Assembly (NCBI GenBank): GCA_036566285.1
Contig: DATCWN010000146.1
Location: 1 to 43,538 of the forward strand
From: Hanamia sp.
GTDB taxonomy: Bacteria > Bacteroidota > Bacteroidia > Chitinophagales > Chitinophagaceae
Length of the DNA: 43,538 bases
Direction: 5' to 3'
In this document: positions 18,471-26,712 of the stretch, piece after piece
Layout: every line of letters begins with the position of its first letter
Numbering within the stretch: the first letter of the stretch is position 1
The notes under the pieces: model-generated
What the model was told of the DNA's origin: nothing
Seen by the model: only the letters and a program-made list of their open reading frames with translations
Database searches by the model: none
Translations under genes and position numbers: made by a program

Positions 18471-19247
18471 TTATTGGCCGGTAAAATGTGGTTTCTTTTT
18501 CTCTAAGAATGCTAAAACGCCTTCTTTAAAATCATTGGTAGCTGCGGCTTTCTGTTGCAATTCATCTTCTTTTTGCAATTGCTGTTCTATATTTTGTGCC
18601 AAAGAAAGATTTAAAGCTTGCTTGGTAAACGCCAGGCCCTTGGTGGGCATTTCTGCAAGAGTTGTGGCAATCTTTTCTGCTTCAATGAAAAAGATTTCAT
18701 CAGGGAAATATTTATAGATCATGCCAATGCGTTCAGCTTCTGAGGCAGCAACTTTATCACCAAGCATCATTAATGCGGAGGCTTTTTGAAAACCAATTAA
18801 TCTTGGTAAAAAGTAAGTTCCACTGCTATCCGGTATTAATCCTATTTTACTAAAAGCCTGTATGAAAGAAGCGGATTCCGCAGCAATGACGATGTCGCAA
18901 CATAAAGCTATATTAGCGCCTGCGCCTGCAGCCACACCATTCACCACTGCTATCACCGGCTTGTTTAATTTCCTGATTTTGATTACAATGGGATTGTAAT
19001 GTTCACTGAGAATTTTTTTCATTCCAGGGCCGTTTGGGTCCACTACTTCCGCCAGATCCTGCCCGGCACAAAATGCTTTTCCGGTACCGGTAATATAAAC
19101 GCACCGCACTGAAATATTTTTTTCACATTCATCCAATTTTTCCTGTAGAGCAAACGCCATTTCTCGATTGAACGCATTGAACTTTTCCGGGCGATTCAAG
19201 GTAATGAACGCGATGGAATTTTTTATTTCAAAAAGTATGGAAGTCAT
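18471..19247 (-). CDS. paaG: Ring 1,2-epoxyphenylacetyl-CoA isomerase PaaG (crotonase family)
   Basis: AFCAGQDL, HYNP, VNGVAAGAGANIAL, FIQAFSKIGLIPDS.G. Confidence 0.88.
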   Translation of the reverse strand: MTSILFEIKNSIAFITLNRPEKFNAFNREMAFALQEKLDECEKNISVRCVYITGTGKAFCAGQDLAEVVDPNGPGMKKILSEHYNPIVIKIRKLNKPVIAVVNGVAAGAGANIALCCDIVIAAESASFIQAFSKIGLIPDSSGTYFLPRLIGFQKASALMMLGDKVAASEAERIGMIYKYFPDEIFFIEAEKIATTLAEMPTKGLAFTKQALNLSLAQNIEQQLQKEDELQQKAAATNDFKEGVLAFLEKKKPHFTGQ

Positions 19248-19267
19248 AAGTGGAAATGATTATGAGC

Positions 19268-19301
19268 AAATCTAAAATCTAAGTTCCACAATCTAAAATC
19301 C
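19268..19301. repeat. Degenerate tandem heptamer array
   Basis: aaatcta aaatcta agttcca caatcta aaatcc between paaD and paaG. Confidence 0.6.
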
Positions 19302-19799
19302 TCAGTGGCATTTAAAATAATCAAAAGGTTCCTGGCAATCTAAACATTGATACAAAGCTTTGCAGGCTGTAGAGCCAAACTGGCTTATCAGTTTTGTATT
19401 TTTCGAGCGGCATAACGGGCATTCAACCACAAGGTTTTCTAAATAATTTTTATCAAATGTTTTTGCAGAAGGTGGCGCTATTCCATAAGATTTTAATTTT
19501 TGTTTGCCGGCTTCTGTCATCCAATCTGTAGTCCAGGCGGGCGAAAGCTGATGTGAAATTTTTATGGAAGTAAACCCTTCTTTTACCAATGCCATCCTGA
19601 TGTTCATTGCAATTACGTCCATTGCAGGGCAGCCGCTATAAGTGGGAGTAATTATTATTTCTATTTCTTCTTTGTAAATATTTATATCTCTTACAATGCC
19701 TAAGTCAATTACAGACAACACAGGAATTTCCGGGTCGTAAACTGTTTCCATCAATTTCCACAGTTCTTCTTTTGTAATATTTTTTGAAATTGTTTCCAT
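19302..19799 (-). CDS. paaD: Phenylacetyl-CoA epoxidase subunit PaaD
   Basis: DPEIPVLS..DLGIVR, TPTYSGCPA, PAWTTDW, FGSTACKA..C..C.EPFDYFK. Confidence 0.95.
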   Translation of the reverse strand: METISKNITKEELWKLMETVYDPEIPVLSVIDLGIVRDINIYKEEIEIIITPTYSGCPAMDVIAMNIRMALVKEGFTSIKISHQLSPAWTTDWMTEAGKQKLKSYGIAPPSAKTFDKNYLENLVVECPLCRSKNTKLISQFGSTACKALYQCLDCQEPFDYFKCH

Positions 19800-19817
19800 T
19801 TAATTTAAACTAATAAA

Positions 19818-20615
19818 TTACCACTGGCAACCCGGATAGGCTCTTTGTAAAAATTGCATTTCAGAAAGTAAGTAACCAAGATGCTCGGTATGTATTCCAT
19901 TCTTCCCACCCGTATGCATCCAGGTATCTTCCTTTGGAAGAGGAAGAGTCGCTTCTTCTAAAACAATTTTTATTTTATTCAGCCAATTATTTTTTATGTT
20001 ACTAACGGCAATGCCTACCCGATTTATAATGGCTTCATTCTCATAACCGGTTGGCTCAAACATTTCTCCTGTATATGGCCACAATTCTTCCAGGGCTTTT
20101 TCCATTCTTTCATGGCTTTCTTCAGTTCCGTCTCCCAATCTGATTACCCATTCACTACTCCATCTTACATGATAAGTAACTTCCTTCAATGACTTTTCGG
20201 CAATTGCAGCCAATTGAGCATCAGAAGAATCAATTAATTTTTGATAAAGATAAAATTGCCATGTGCTGAAAAAAAATGTTTTAAAAATGGTTTTTCCCCA
20301 ATCACCATTTGGTAATTCAGTAAGCAATAGATTTTTAAATTCTCCCGCATCACGCAAATATGCCAGGCTATCTTCGGTAATAGTTTTATCATCTTCTGAA
20401 ATAGAATTGGCAATCAGGGCTGCATGCTGATAGAAATTTCTTGATTGCCCTATAAGGTCTAAGGCAATATTGGTAATAGCCATATCCTGCTCCAGCATTG
20501 GGCCATGGCCTGTCCATTCACTAAGACGATGCCCCATAATTAAGGAACTATCGGCTAAATGCAATACGTAGTCGAAAGGTTGTATGGCTATATCGTTGAA
20601 TTGTGAGACGTTCAT
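19818..20615 (-). CDS. paaC: Phenylacetyl-CoA epoxidase subunit PaaC
   Basis: LSEWTGHGP.LE.D.A..NIALD, KEVTYH, RLGDGTEES, HTEHLG..L.EMQ.LQRAYPG..W. Confidence 0.95.
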   Translation of the reverse strand: MNVSQFNDIAIQPFDYVLHLADSSLIMGHRLSEWTGHGPMLEQDMAITNIALDLIGQSRNFYQHAALIANSISEDDKTITEDSLAYLRDAGEFKNLLLTELPNGDWGKTIFKTFFFSTWQFYLYQKLIDSSDAQLAAIAEKSLKEVTYHVRWSSEWVIRLGDGTEESHERMEKALEELWPYTGEMFEPTGYENEAIINRVGIAVSNIKNNWLNKIKIVLEEATLPLPKEDTWMHTGGKNGIHTEHLGYLLSEMQFLQRAYPGCQW

Positions 20616-20649
20616 TATTTTTTAAAATTTTTCACTTTTCATGGATGCT

Positions 20650-20937
20650 TTACATGTATTTCACTTCATCGGGTAAATTATAAAAAGTAGGATGGCGATA
20701 GATTTTATCATTAGCAGGGTCAAAAAAACTTCCAGCATCATCAGGGTTAGTAGAGTGAATATTTTTTGATTCCACCACCCAAATACTTATACCTTCCAAA
20801 CGGCGTGTATAAACATCGCGCGCATTTTCAATAGCTGTTTTAGCATCGGCTGCATGGAGGCTACCCACGTGTTTATGATCGAGTCCTTGTTTACTTCTTA
20901 TAAAAACTTCCCAAAGTGGTTCAATTTGGCTCTTCAT
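20650..20937 (-). CDS. paaB: Phenylacetyl-CoA epoxidase subunit PaaB
   Basis: WEVFIRSKQGLDHKHVGSLHA, ARDVYTRR.EG.SIWVV, YRHPTFY. Confidence 0.96.
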   Translation of the reverse strand: MKSQIEPLWEVFIRSKQGLDHKHVGSLHAADAKTAIENARDVYTRRLEGISIWVVESKNIHSTNPDDAGSFFDPANDKIYRHPTFYNLPDEVKYM

Positions 20938-20985
20938 TATTTAGTATGTTTAATTTCTAAGAACATAATTTGCAATATCAATTCT

Positions 20986-21513
20986 TTATTTAGCATCCTC
21001 AATTATTGTATCCTTTTTGAAACCAATTCGCTCTCTTTTAGCAAAATCTTTTTCTTCTTGCTTATCAGATAATAACAAATTTAAAGCTTGAAAAATTTGT
21101 TTGAAATTGCTATTATATTTCTTTTCTAATTTACTTATTTTTTGTCGTAAATCTTTATAGGTTAATGCAAATTCACGAATCAAAACAAAAGTTCTGATGA
21201 TAATTATATTTACTTCAATCGCCTTTTCACTATTAAGAACGCTTGAAAGCATGGCTACTCCCTGTTCAGTAAATGCTGATGGAAGATACCGTGTTCCACC
21301 TTTCTTTGAGGTCGCAATTTGCGACCTCAAACTCTGAAACTCTTTCTGAGTAAGGGTAAACATAAAGTCGGGAGGGAAACGAGAGGCGTTTCTCTTTACG
21401 GCTTCCTTTAGCCTTTTCGTTTCTACTTCATACATTTCAGCAAGGTCAAAATCGAGCATTACATTTTGATCACGAATTTTGTAGATTTTGTTTTGGATAA
21501 CAGTTAATTGCAT
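20986..21513 (-). CDS. ORF6N (KilA-N-like) domain DNA-binding protein
   Basis: IY.IR.Q.VMLDFDLAEMYEVETKRL.EAVKRN..RFP.DFMF.LT..E...LRSQIATS...RY.P.AFTEQGVAMLSSVL.S..A..VNI.I.R.FV; C-terminal coiled coil and R.RIGF. Confidence 0.92.
   Translation of the reverse strand: MQLTVIQNKIYKIRDQNVMLDFDLAEMYEVETKRLKEAVKRNASRFPPDFMFTLTQKEFQSLRSQIATSKKGGTRYLPSAFTEQGVAMLSSVLNSEKAIEVNIIIIRTFVLIREFALTYKDLRQKISKLEKKYNSNFKQIFQALNLLLSDKQEEKDFAKRERIGFKKDTIIEDAK
21305..21331. repeat. 27-bp palindrome within the ORF6N coding sequence
   Basis: tttgaggtcgcaa-t-ttgcgacctcaaa (perfect 13-bp arms). Confidence 0.95.
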
Positions 21514-21600
21514 GGTAGATTCAGAATTTTTTATTTAAAAGATTGCGATTTTTAAATCTTATCTATTCTTGTAGTTTCCCAATTTAATAAAATTCCCAAC

Positions 21601-21750
21601 TTTTCTAAGGTCACAATTTGTTACCTTAGAAAATAAACCGATCTTTTTATACCTGCCTTAAAGTTTTGTTTGAGGTCGCAAATTGCGACCTCAAAGAGTT
21701 GCACCTGGAAAGGGTTTCAGAGTTTGAGGTCGCAATTTGCGACCTCAAAC
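21601..21750. repeat. Array of three palindromes homologous to the ORF6N-internal palindrome
   Basis: 21601-21633 ttttctaaggtcacaa-t-ttgttaccttagaaaa; 21669-21695 tttgaggtcgcaa-a-ttgcgacctcaaa; 21722-21750 gtttgaggtcgcaa-t-ttgcgacctcaaac. Confidence 0.95.
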
Positions 21751-21763
21751 GTTTCTCATTTGT

Positions 21764-22720
21764 TTAAACTGCACTTAAGGCCCCTTTAGGGGTTTGGGGT
21801 TTCTTTTTCTCCGCGTAGGCAAGCGCCGCTGCTCTTACCCAGGCTCCATTTTCGTGAGCACTAACTCTCATGGATAGACGCTCTTTATTGCAAGGGCCAT
21901 TTCCTTTTATCACATCCCAAAATTCGCCCCAATTGATTTCCCCAAAATCATAATGACCTCTTTCTTCATTCCATTTTAAATCCGGGTCGGGAATAGTGAG
22001 TCCCAAAATATCCGCTTGTTCTTTGCAGATGTCAACAAACTTCTGCCGGAGTTCATCATTAGTAAATCTTTTAATTTTCCATTTCATGCTTTGCTGCGTA
22101 TGTGGCGATGCGTCATCATTCGGGCCAAACATCATCAGGCTTGGCCACCACCAACGGTTTAGTGCATCCTGTGCCATTTCTTTTTGTTCTTTGGTGCCAC
22201 GGCAAAGCGTCAATAGTATTTCATATCCCTGCCGCTGATGAAAACTTTCTTCCTTACAAATTCTTACCATCGCCCTTGCATAAGGGGCATACGAAGCGCG
22301 GCAAAGCGGCACCTGGTTCATGATTGCTGCGCCGTCCACCAGCCAGCCGATGGCGCCCATATCGGCCCATGTAAGAGTGGGATAATTAAAAATAGAAGAA
22401 TATTTTGCACGGCCGCTCAACAACTGGTCCGTCATTTCTTCTCGTGAAATATTCAATGTTTCGGCGGCGCAGTATAAATACAGGCCGTGCCCGGCCTCAT
22501 CCTGCACCTTTGCAATTAAGGTTGCTTTTCTTCTTAAAGATGGCGCACGGGTTATCCAATTGGCTTCGGGCAACATGCCTACAATTTCGCTGTGGGCGTG
22601 TTGGCTTATCTGCCTTATCAAAGTTTTACGATAGTCGTCAGGCATCCAATCTTTCGGTTCAATCTTTATTTCATTCGCAATTTTATCGTCAAACGTTTTT
22701 AATAATTCATCTGTTTGCAT
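21764..22720 (-). CDS. paaA: Phenylacetyl-CoA epoxidase catalytic subunit PaaA
   Basis: [44 protein letters not shown] (di-iron ExxH); ATG 22720 preceded by TAACTTTG at 22736-22743. Confidence 0.97.
   Translation of the reverse strand: MQTDELLKTFDDKIANEIKIEPKDWMPDDYRKTLIRQISQHAHSEIVGMLPEANWITRAPSLRRKATLIAKVQDEAGHGLYLYCAAETLNISREEMTDQLLSGRAKYSSIFNYPTLTWADMGAIGWLVDGAAIMNQVPLCRASYAPYARAMVRICKEESFHQRQGYEILLTLCRGTKEQKEMAQDALNRWWWPSLMMFGPNDDASPHTQQSMKWKIKRFTNDELRQKFVDICKEQADILGLTIPDPDLKWNEERGHYDFGEINWGEFWDVIKGNGPCNKERLSMRVSAHENGAWVRAAALAYAEKKKPQTPKGALSAV
21781..21799 (-). repeat. REP-like C/G hairpin element inside the paaA 3' end
   Basis: Minus strand reads ccccaaacccctaaagggg, encoding PQTPKG. 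Confidence 0.55.
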
Positions 22721-22908
22721 AAAAAACTTTATTCTCAAAGTTACTTATTTCAAAAATGGAAAAGCTTTGGATGTAGTTAAATAAAGCAATAATGAAAAGA
22801 CTTTCTTCAGATGGAATTTTGTAAATTAATCCGGATAATTTTTAAGAAGAAAAGCAAAAAGTCTTCTCAGTAATAAAAAAATAAAAGGAGGGATTTTAAT
22901 TTGAAAAA

Positions 22909-23976
22909 TTATTTTTCATCATAATCCACCACTACCTTTTTGCTTCGTGGATGCGATTGGCAGGTTAATATAAAGCCTTCTTTTACTTCACTGTCTTCGA
23001 GGCCGTAATTGGCTTCCATTTCTACTTTGCCCTCCATCAACTTTGCCTTGCAGGAGCAGCATACACCGCCTTTGCAGGCAAAAGGCAGGTCTATTCCCTC
23101 TGCGAGGCCCGCATCCAAAATAGTATTGCCATTATAATCAAGAATCAGATTGAAACTGCGGCCATCTACTTTTATAGTTACCTCACTTCCTCCTTGAGCT
23201 GTTTCTTTGACGGGAGTATAAATTTGTATGTTCTTTCGTGTAGGCGTCGTGAATAATTCAAAATGAATTTTTTCAGGCGCAATGCCCCATCCGGTCAAAA
23301 AATCTTTTACGGTAAAAATCATTTGTTCGGGGCCACAGATAAAAAAATCATCAACGGCATTAAAGTTAACCAGCTTAGAGAGATGGCTTAATTTTCCCAC
23401 ATCTATTCTTCCAAAATTGAAATCAGACTCGGTGCGCTCCCTGCTCAAAATATGATACACGCTGAATCTTTGCAGGTACCTGTCTTTGAGGGCTTCAATC
23501 TCTTCTTTGAAAATAATGGAGGATAAGTTTTTATTCCCATAAACAAGAGTAACATTACTGTATTTCTCAGTAAGAAGGATCGTTTTAATTATTGAAATTG
23601 TCGGTGTAATACCACTGCCGGCAGCGAAGAAAATATATTCTTTTTTATTAGAAACTTTTACCTCAGTAAAAAAGGTACCCGTCGGCGTCATTACTTCAAG
23701 TACGTCTCCCTTTTTAAGTTTTTCCATAGCAAAAGTGGAAAAAATACCGTTCGTAACTTTTTTCACCGCTACCCTTAGTTCATTGTCTAAAGGACTGGTA
23801 CAAATGGAATAGGACCTTCTTGCTTCGTCCAATTCTGTTTTAATAGTAATGTTTTGACCCTGGATAAAACGGAATTCCTCTTGTACTTCTGTAGGGATTT
23901 CGAATGCAATGGAAACACAATCCGAGGTTTCATGTTTGATATCCTTAACGGTAAGCTTGTGAAAATGTAACGCCAA
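22909..23976 (-). CDS. paaE: Phenylacetyl-CoA epoxidase reductase subunit PaaE
   Basis: FAD-binding RRSYSIC, NAD-binding AAGSGITP, CGP, [2Fe-2S] CKGGVCCSC..C; TTG start; TACATTTG box at 24002-24009. Confidence 0.92.
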   Translation of the reverse strand: MALHFHKLTVKDIKHETSDCVSIAFEIPTEVQEEFRFIQGQNITIKTELDEARRSYSICTSPLDNELRVAVKKVTNGIFSTFAMEKLKKGDVLEVMTPTGTFFTEVKVSNKKEYIFFAAGSGITPTISIIKTILLTEKYSNVTLVYGNKNLSSIIFKEEIEALKDRYLQRFSVYHILSRERTESDFNFGRIDVGKLSHLSKLVNFNAVDDFFICGPEQMIFTVKDFLTGWGIAPEKIHFELFTTPTRKNIQIYTPVKETAQGGSEVTIKVDGRSFNLILDYNGNTILDAGLAEGIDLPFACKGGVCCSCKAKLMEGKVEMEANYGLEDSEVKEGFILTCQSHPRSKKVVVDYDEK

Positions 23977-24151
23977 ACTATTTTATTTTTTTGAATTGGC
24001 TCAAATGTAAGCAATGGAAAAATTTTTAATTTACGATTTTAGAACTTTACCTATAAAATAACGAATAGCAGTATCCGATCTAATTTTTATTGGAGAATTC
24101 CACTAAAAAACGTTTCATTAAAACCCTAATTTTGCCACGAAAATCTTTTTT

Positions 24152-25039
24152 ATGCAATTGCACTCAATAGATACTGTAGAAAATATTTCACCGGAAGATT
24201 TTAAAAAGAATTATTATGATCTCCAAAGACCCCTGGTAATTACAGGCCTGGCAAAAGAATGGCCCGCCTATAAAAAATGGTCGTGGGATTATTTTAAAGA
24301 AATAGTAGGGGATAAAAAAGTGGGGTTGTATAATAATATAAAAAGCGATGCTTATACCCCCATTAACACCGCGGATGATTATAAAACTTTTGGTGAATAC
24401 GTGGATATGATTAAGCAAGGGCCGGCTGCCTGGAGAATTTTTCTTTTCAATATCTTTGATCATGCTCCTCAACTAATTAATGATTTTACATGGCCGGAAC
24501 ACCTCATGAAAGGCTTTGTAAAAAAATACCCAATGCTTTTTACCGGGGGCGAATCTTCCATAACGCACATGCACTTTGATATTGATCTTTCTCACATTTT
24601 GCATACCCAGTTTGCAGGACGTAAAAGAGTGCTTTTATTCCGTCATGAAGAAAAAAATAAATTGTATCGCAAGCCATTTGAGGTGTTGAGCCTGGCTGAC
24701 TTTTCCAATTACAGCAAAAGCTCTGGCACACCTGATTATAAAAAATTTCCCGCATTAAAATATGCTACGGGATACGATCTGATCTTAAACCCCGGTGATA
24801 CTTTATTTATGCCTGCTGGTTATTGGCACCACATGGAATATATTGACAGTGGATTTGCGTTGAGTCTTCGTGCCCTGCAAAGTTCTTTTTCCGGAAAGGC
24901 AAAAGGCGTGTGGAATCTTTTTGGAATGAGAAGCATTGATACCGTTATGAAAAAAACCAATCCAAAATGGTGGTACAATTACAAAATAAAAAAAATTGGC
25001 CAGCACGCTAGCCAGGAATTAAAAAAATATTCAAACTAA
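24152..25039 (+). CDS. JmjC/cupin-like 2-oxoglutarate Fe(II) oxygenase
   Basis: P.VI.GL...WPA..KW, THMHFDID (HxD), GRKRVLLF, PGDTLFMPAGYWHH; TAATTTTG box at 24127-24134. Confidence 0.88.
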   Translation: MQLHSIDTVENISPEDFKKNYYDLQRPLVITGLAKEWPAYKKWSWDYFKEIVGDKKVGLYNNIKSDAYTPINTADDYKTFGEYVDMIKQGPAAWRIFLFNIFDHAPQLINDFTWPEHLMKGFVKKYPMLFTGGESSITHMHFDIDLSHILHTQFAGRKRVLLFRHEEKNKLYRKPFEVLSLADFSNYSKSSGTPDYKKFPALKYATGYDLILNPGDTLFMPAGYWHHMEYIDSGFALSLRALQSSFSGKAKGVWNLFGMRSIDTVMKKTNPKWWYNYKIKKIGQHASQELKKYSN

Positions 25040-25254
25040 TTACTGAAAAAGTTGTTTTTATAAATAAATTAGTATTATTTTAGCAGCCCATTCTGTTTCC
25101 CTATTCCTATAATTTAAAACCGTACACAATTCAATATCTAAAATCACGTGTAATCGGGTTTTCCTTTTAATAATTTAATAATAAAATCCTCTATAATTTT
25201 TTATTCTTTCCGCGGAAGAATTAACCTTTTTCTTGTGGTTTCAGAGGTAAGCAA

Positions 25255-25286
25255 GGCCGGTGATTTTTATCACTGGCCGTTTTTTT
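25255..25286 (+). terminator. Intrinsic terminator
   Basis: ggccggtgat-tttt-atcactggcc followed by a T run. Confidence 0.8.
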
Positions 25287-25295
25287 AATACTCTC

Positions 25296-25964
25296 TTATT
25301 CAAACGATCTGTTCATAAATTTTAAAAGTGGCGTTAATGCTTTAAAGTAATTAGCAACTTCGTTGATCAATTCCGACTCATGCAGCGCTTTATCAGGAAT
25401 GTATTTTGTGGCCACAAAACTTTTGAGTTTCAAAAATTCCCCAGCCGGATTTTCTTTATCATATCCTTTGGGAATATTTATCAGTACCTGGCCCTTTTCT
25501 CTTTCCAGCTCACCATAGTTTTTTTTAAAAGAGGCAGCGCTGATTATTTTCTTAAATTCAGGAAAACAATAATCAATTTCCTGCCTTACTTTTTTTAATT
25601 CAATTGCTTCGGGCATCCAAAGGCCGCCGCCGGCGAAGCTATTACCTCCGGGCTGCACATGAAAATAATAACCTGCGTTAATGGATTTTTTCCCTCCTTT
25701 GTTGAAAGAGGCACTGATATTGATTTTGTAAGGCGTTTTATCTTTTGAAAACCTGATGTCACGGTTAATTCTAAACAGGCATTTTTTGGCTTCCAGTTCT
25801 TTCATATCCGCATCGAACGGAATCATTTTTTGTAAAAGCCTGTTCACAAATTTTTCAAAATCATCTCTGGCAATTAGATACTTTTCTTTGTTTTGATCAA
25901 ACCAGATTTTATTGTTATTTTTTTTGAGATTCTTTAAGAAATTAAGAGTTGAAGGCTGGAGCAA
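25296..25964 (-). CDS. DUF2461 family protein
   Basis: FL..L..NNN..WF, FRINRDIRFSKDKTPYK, GYYFH..PG, PKGY. Confidence 0.9.
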   Translation of the reverse strand: MLQPSTLNFLKNLKKNNNKIWFDQNKEKYLIARDDFEKFVNRLLQKMIPFDADMKELEAKKCLFRINRDIRFSKDKTPYKINISASFNKGGKKSINAGYYFHVQPGGNSFAGGGLWMPEAIELKKVRQEIDYCFPEFKKIISAASFKKNYGELEREKGQVLINIPKGYDKENPAGEFLKLKSFVATKYIPDKALHESELINEVANYFKALTPLLKFMNRSFE

Positions 25965-25966
25965 TG

Positions 25967-26041
25967 TTTGAGGATTTAGGAGTTTAAAGGTTAGAGAGGT
26001 TTAGAGAGTTTAGAAGGATTTAGAAGGTTTAGAAAGTTCAG
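25967..26041. repeat. Degenerate 8-10-mer tandem array (tttagaagg-like)
   Basis: ..tttaggag tttaaagg ttagagagg tttagagag tttagaagga tttagaagg tttagaaag ttcag. Confidence 0.7.
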
Positions 26042-26124
26042 TTGATATTTTTCAAGGTCCATCTATTATTAGAACCCGGTATTCATTACAAATTCAAACT
26101 GTTTACTACAAACCTGCTCATTTC

Positions 26125-26685
26125 TCAAACCGCACTCCAGTTTTCTCCCTTTTTAATTCTATAAATGGTCATCTCACTTACCTTATACTTATCCGCAATT
26201 TGTTTGTGAGTAAGCTTTCGGCGCGGATTTGCCAACGCAGTTTTTATACTTTTTACCTGCGTTGCATTTAATTTCAATCCTTTGGTTCTTGATTTTTGTA
26301 CCTTTTTGTATGCCAATCTTTGCGGGTTTTTTTGCTGATGTTCAATCACCTCTTTTTGCGAAACCCATTTTAAATTTTTAGCCTGATTATCGGCCTTATT
26401 GTGGTTGACATGGATAACAAATTTCTGTTTTGGAGAAGTTCTTTTGTTAAACGCTTTAGCTACTTCGCGATGAAAATAAATGGTTCCGTTGTTGCCATCA
26501 ATATGTAGATTTAAAGTTTTGTAACCGGAGGTAAATGAGCCTTGCAACAGCTTTCCATCTGCAAGAATATCTTCTTTGTAACTTGCCGCACGCCCATGAG
26601 AAGAAATGGCGTATTTATTTCTCAAAAGTTTATGGCCCTTAAACTGGAAAGGCTTCCATATTTCACCATTAATTTTTTTGATCAT
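26125..26685 (-). CDS. NUMOD4/HNH-like protein with a C-terminal helix-turn-helix
   Basis: EIWK..Y.ISS.GR (NUMOD4-like); FHREVAKAF..VIHVNHNKADN...NLKWVS (HNH_3-like); KL....VK.IK...QIADKYKVSEMTIYRIK.G.NW HTH. Confidence 0.75.
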   Translation of the reverse strand: MIKKINGEIWKPFQFKGHKLLRNKYAISSHGRAASYKEDILADGKLLQGSFTSGYKTLNLHIDGNNGTIYFHREVAKAFNKRTSPKQKFVIHVNHNKADNQAKNLKWVSQKEVIEHQQKNPQRLAYKKVQKSRTKGLKLNATQVKSIKTALANPRRKLTHKQIADKYKVSEMTIYRIKKGENWSAV

Positions 26686-26712
26686 TGTGTTCGTTTAAAA
26701 TAAAGTTACAAA

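Noticed and set aside
21601-21750. Palindromic repeats with 27-38 nt spacers as a mini CRISPR array
   Set aside because: Only three units with unequal spacers and no cas genes. The repeat and part of one spacer derive from the adjacent ORF6N coding sequence.
21664-21789. + strand open frame reading LRSQIATSK..LRSQFATSN through the palindromes
   Set aside because: No convincing start or promoter, and it overlaps the paaA end. It is explained by the repeats themselves (54-bp spacing).
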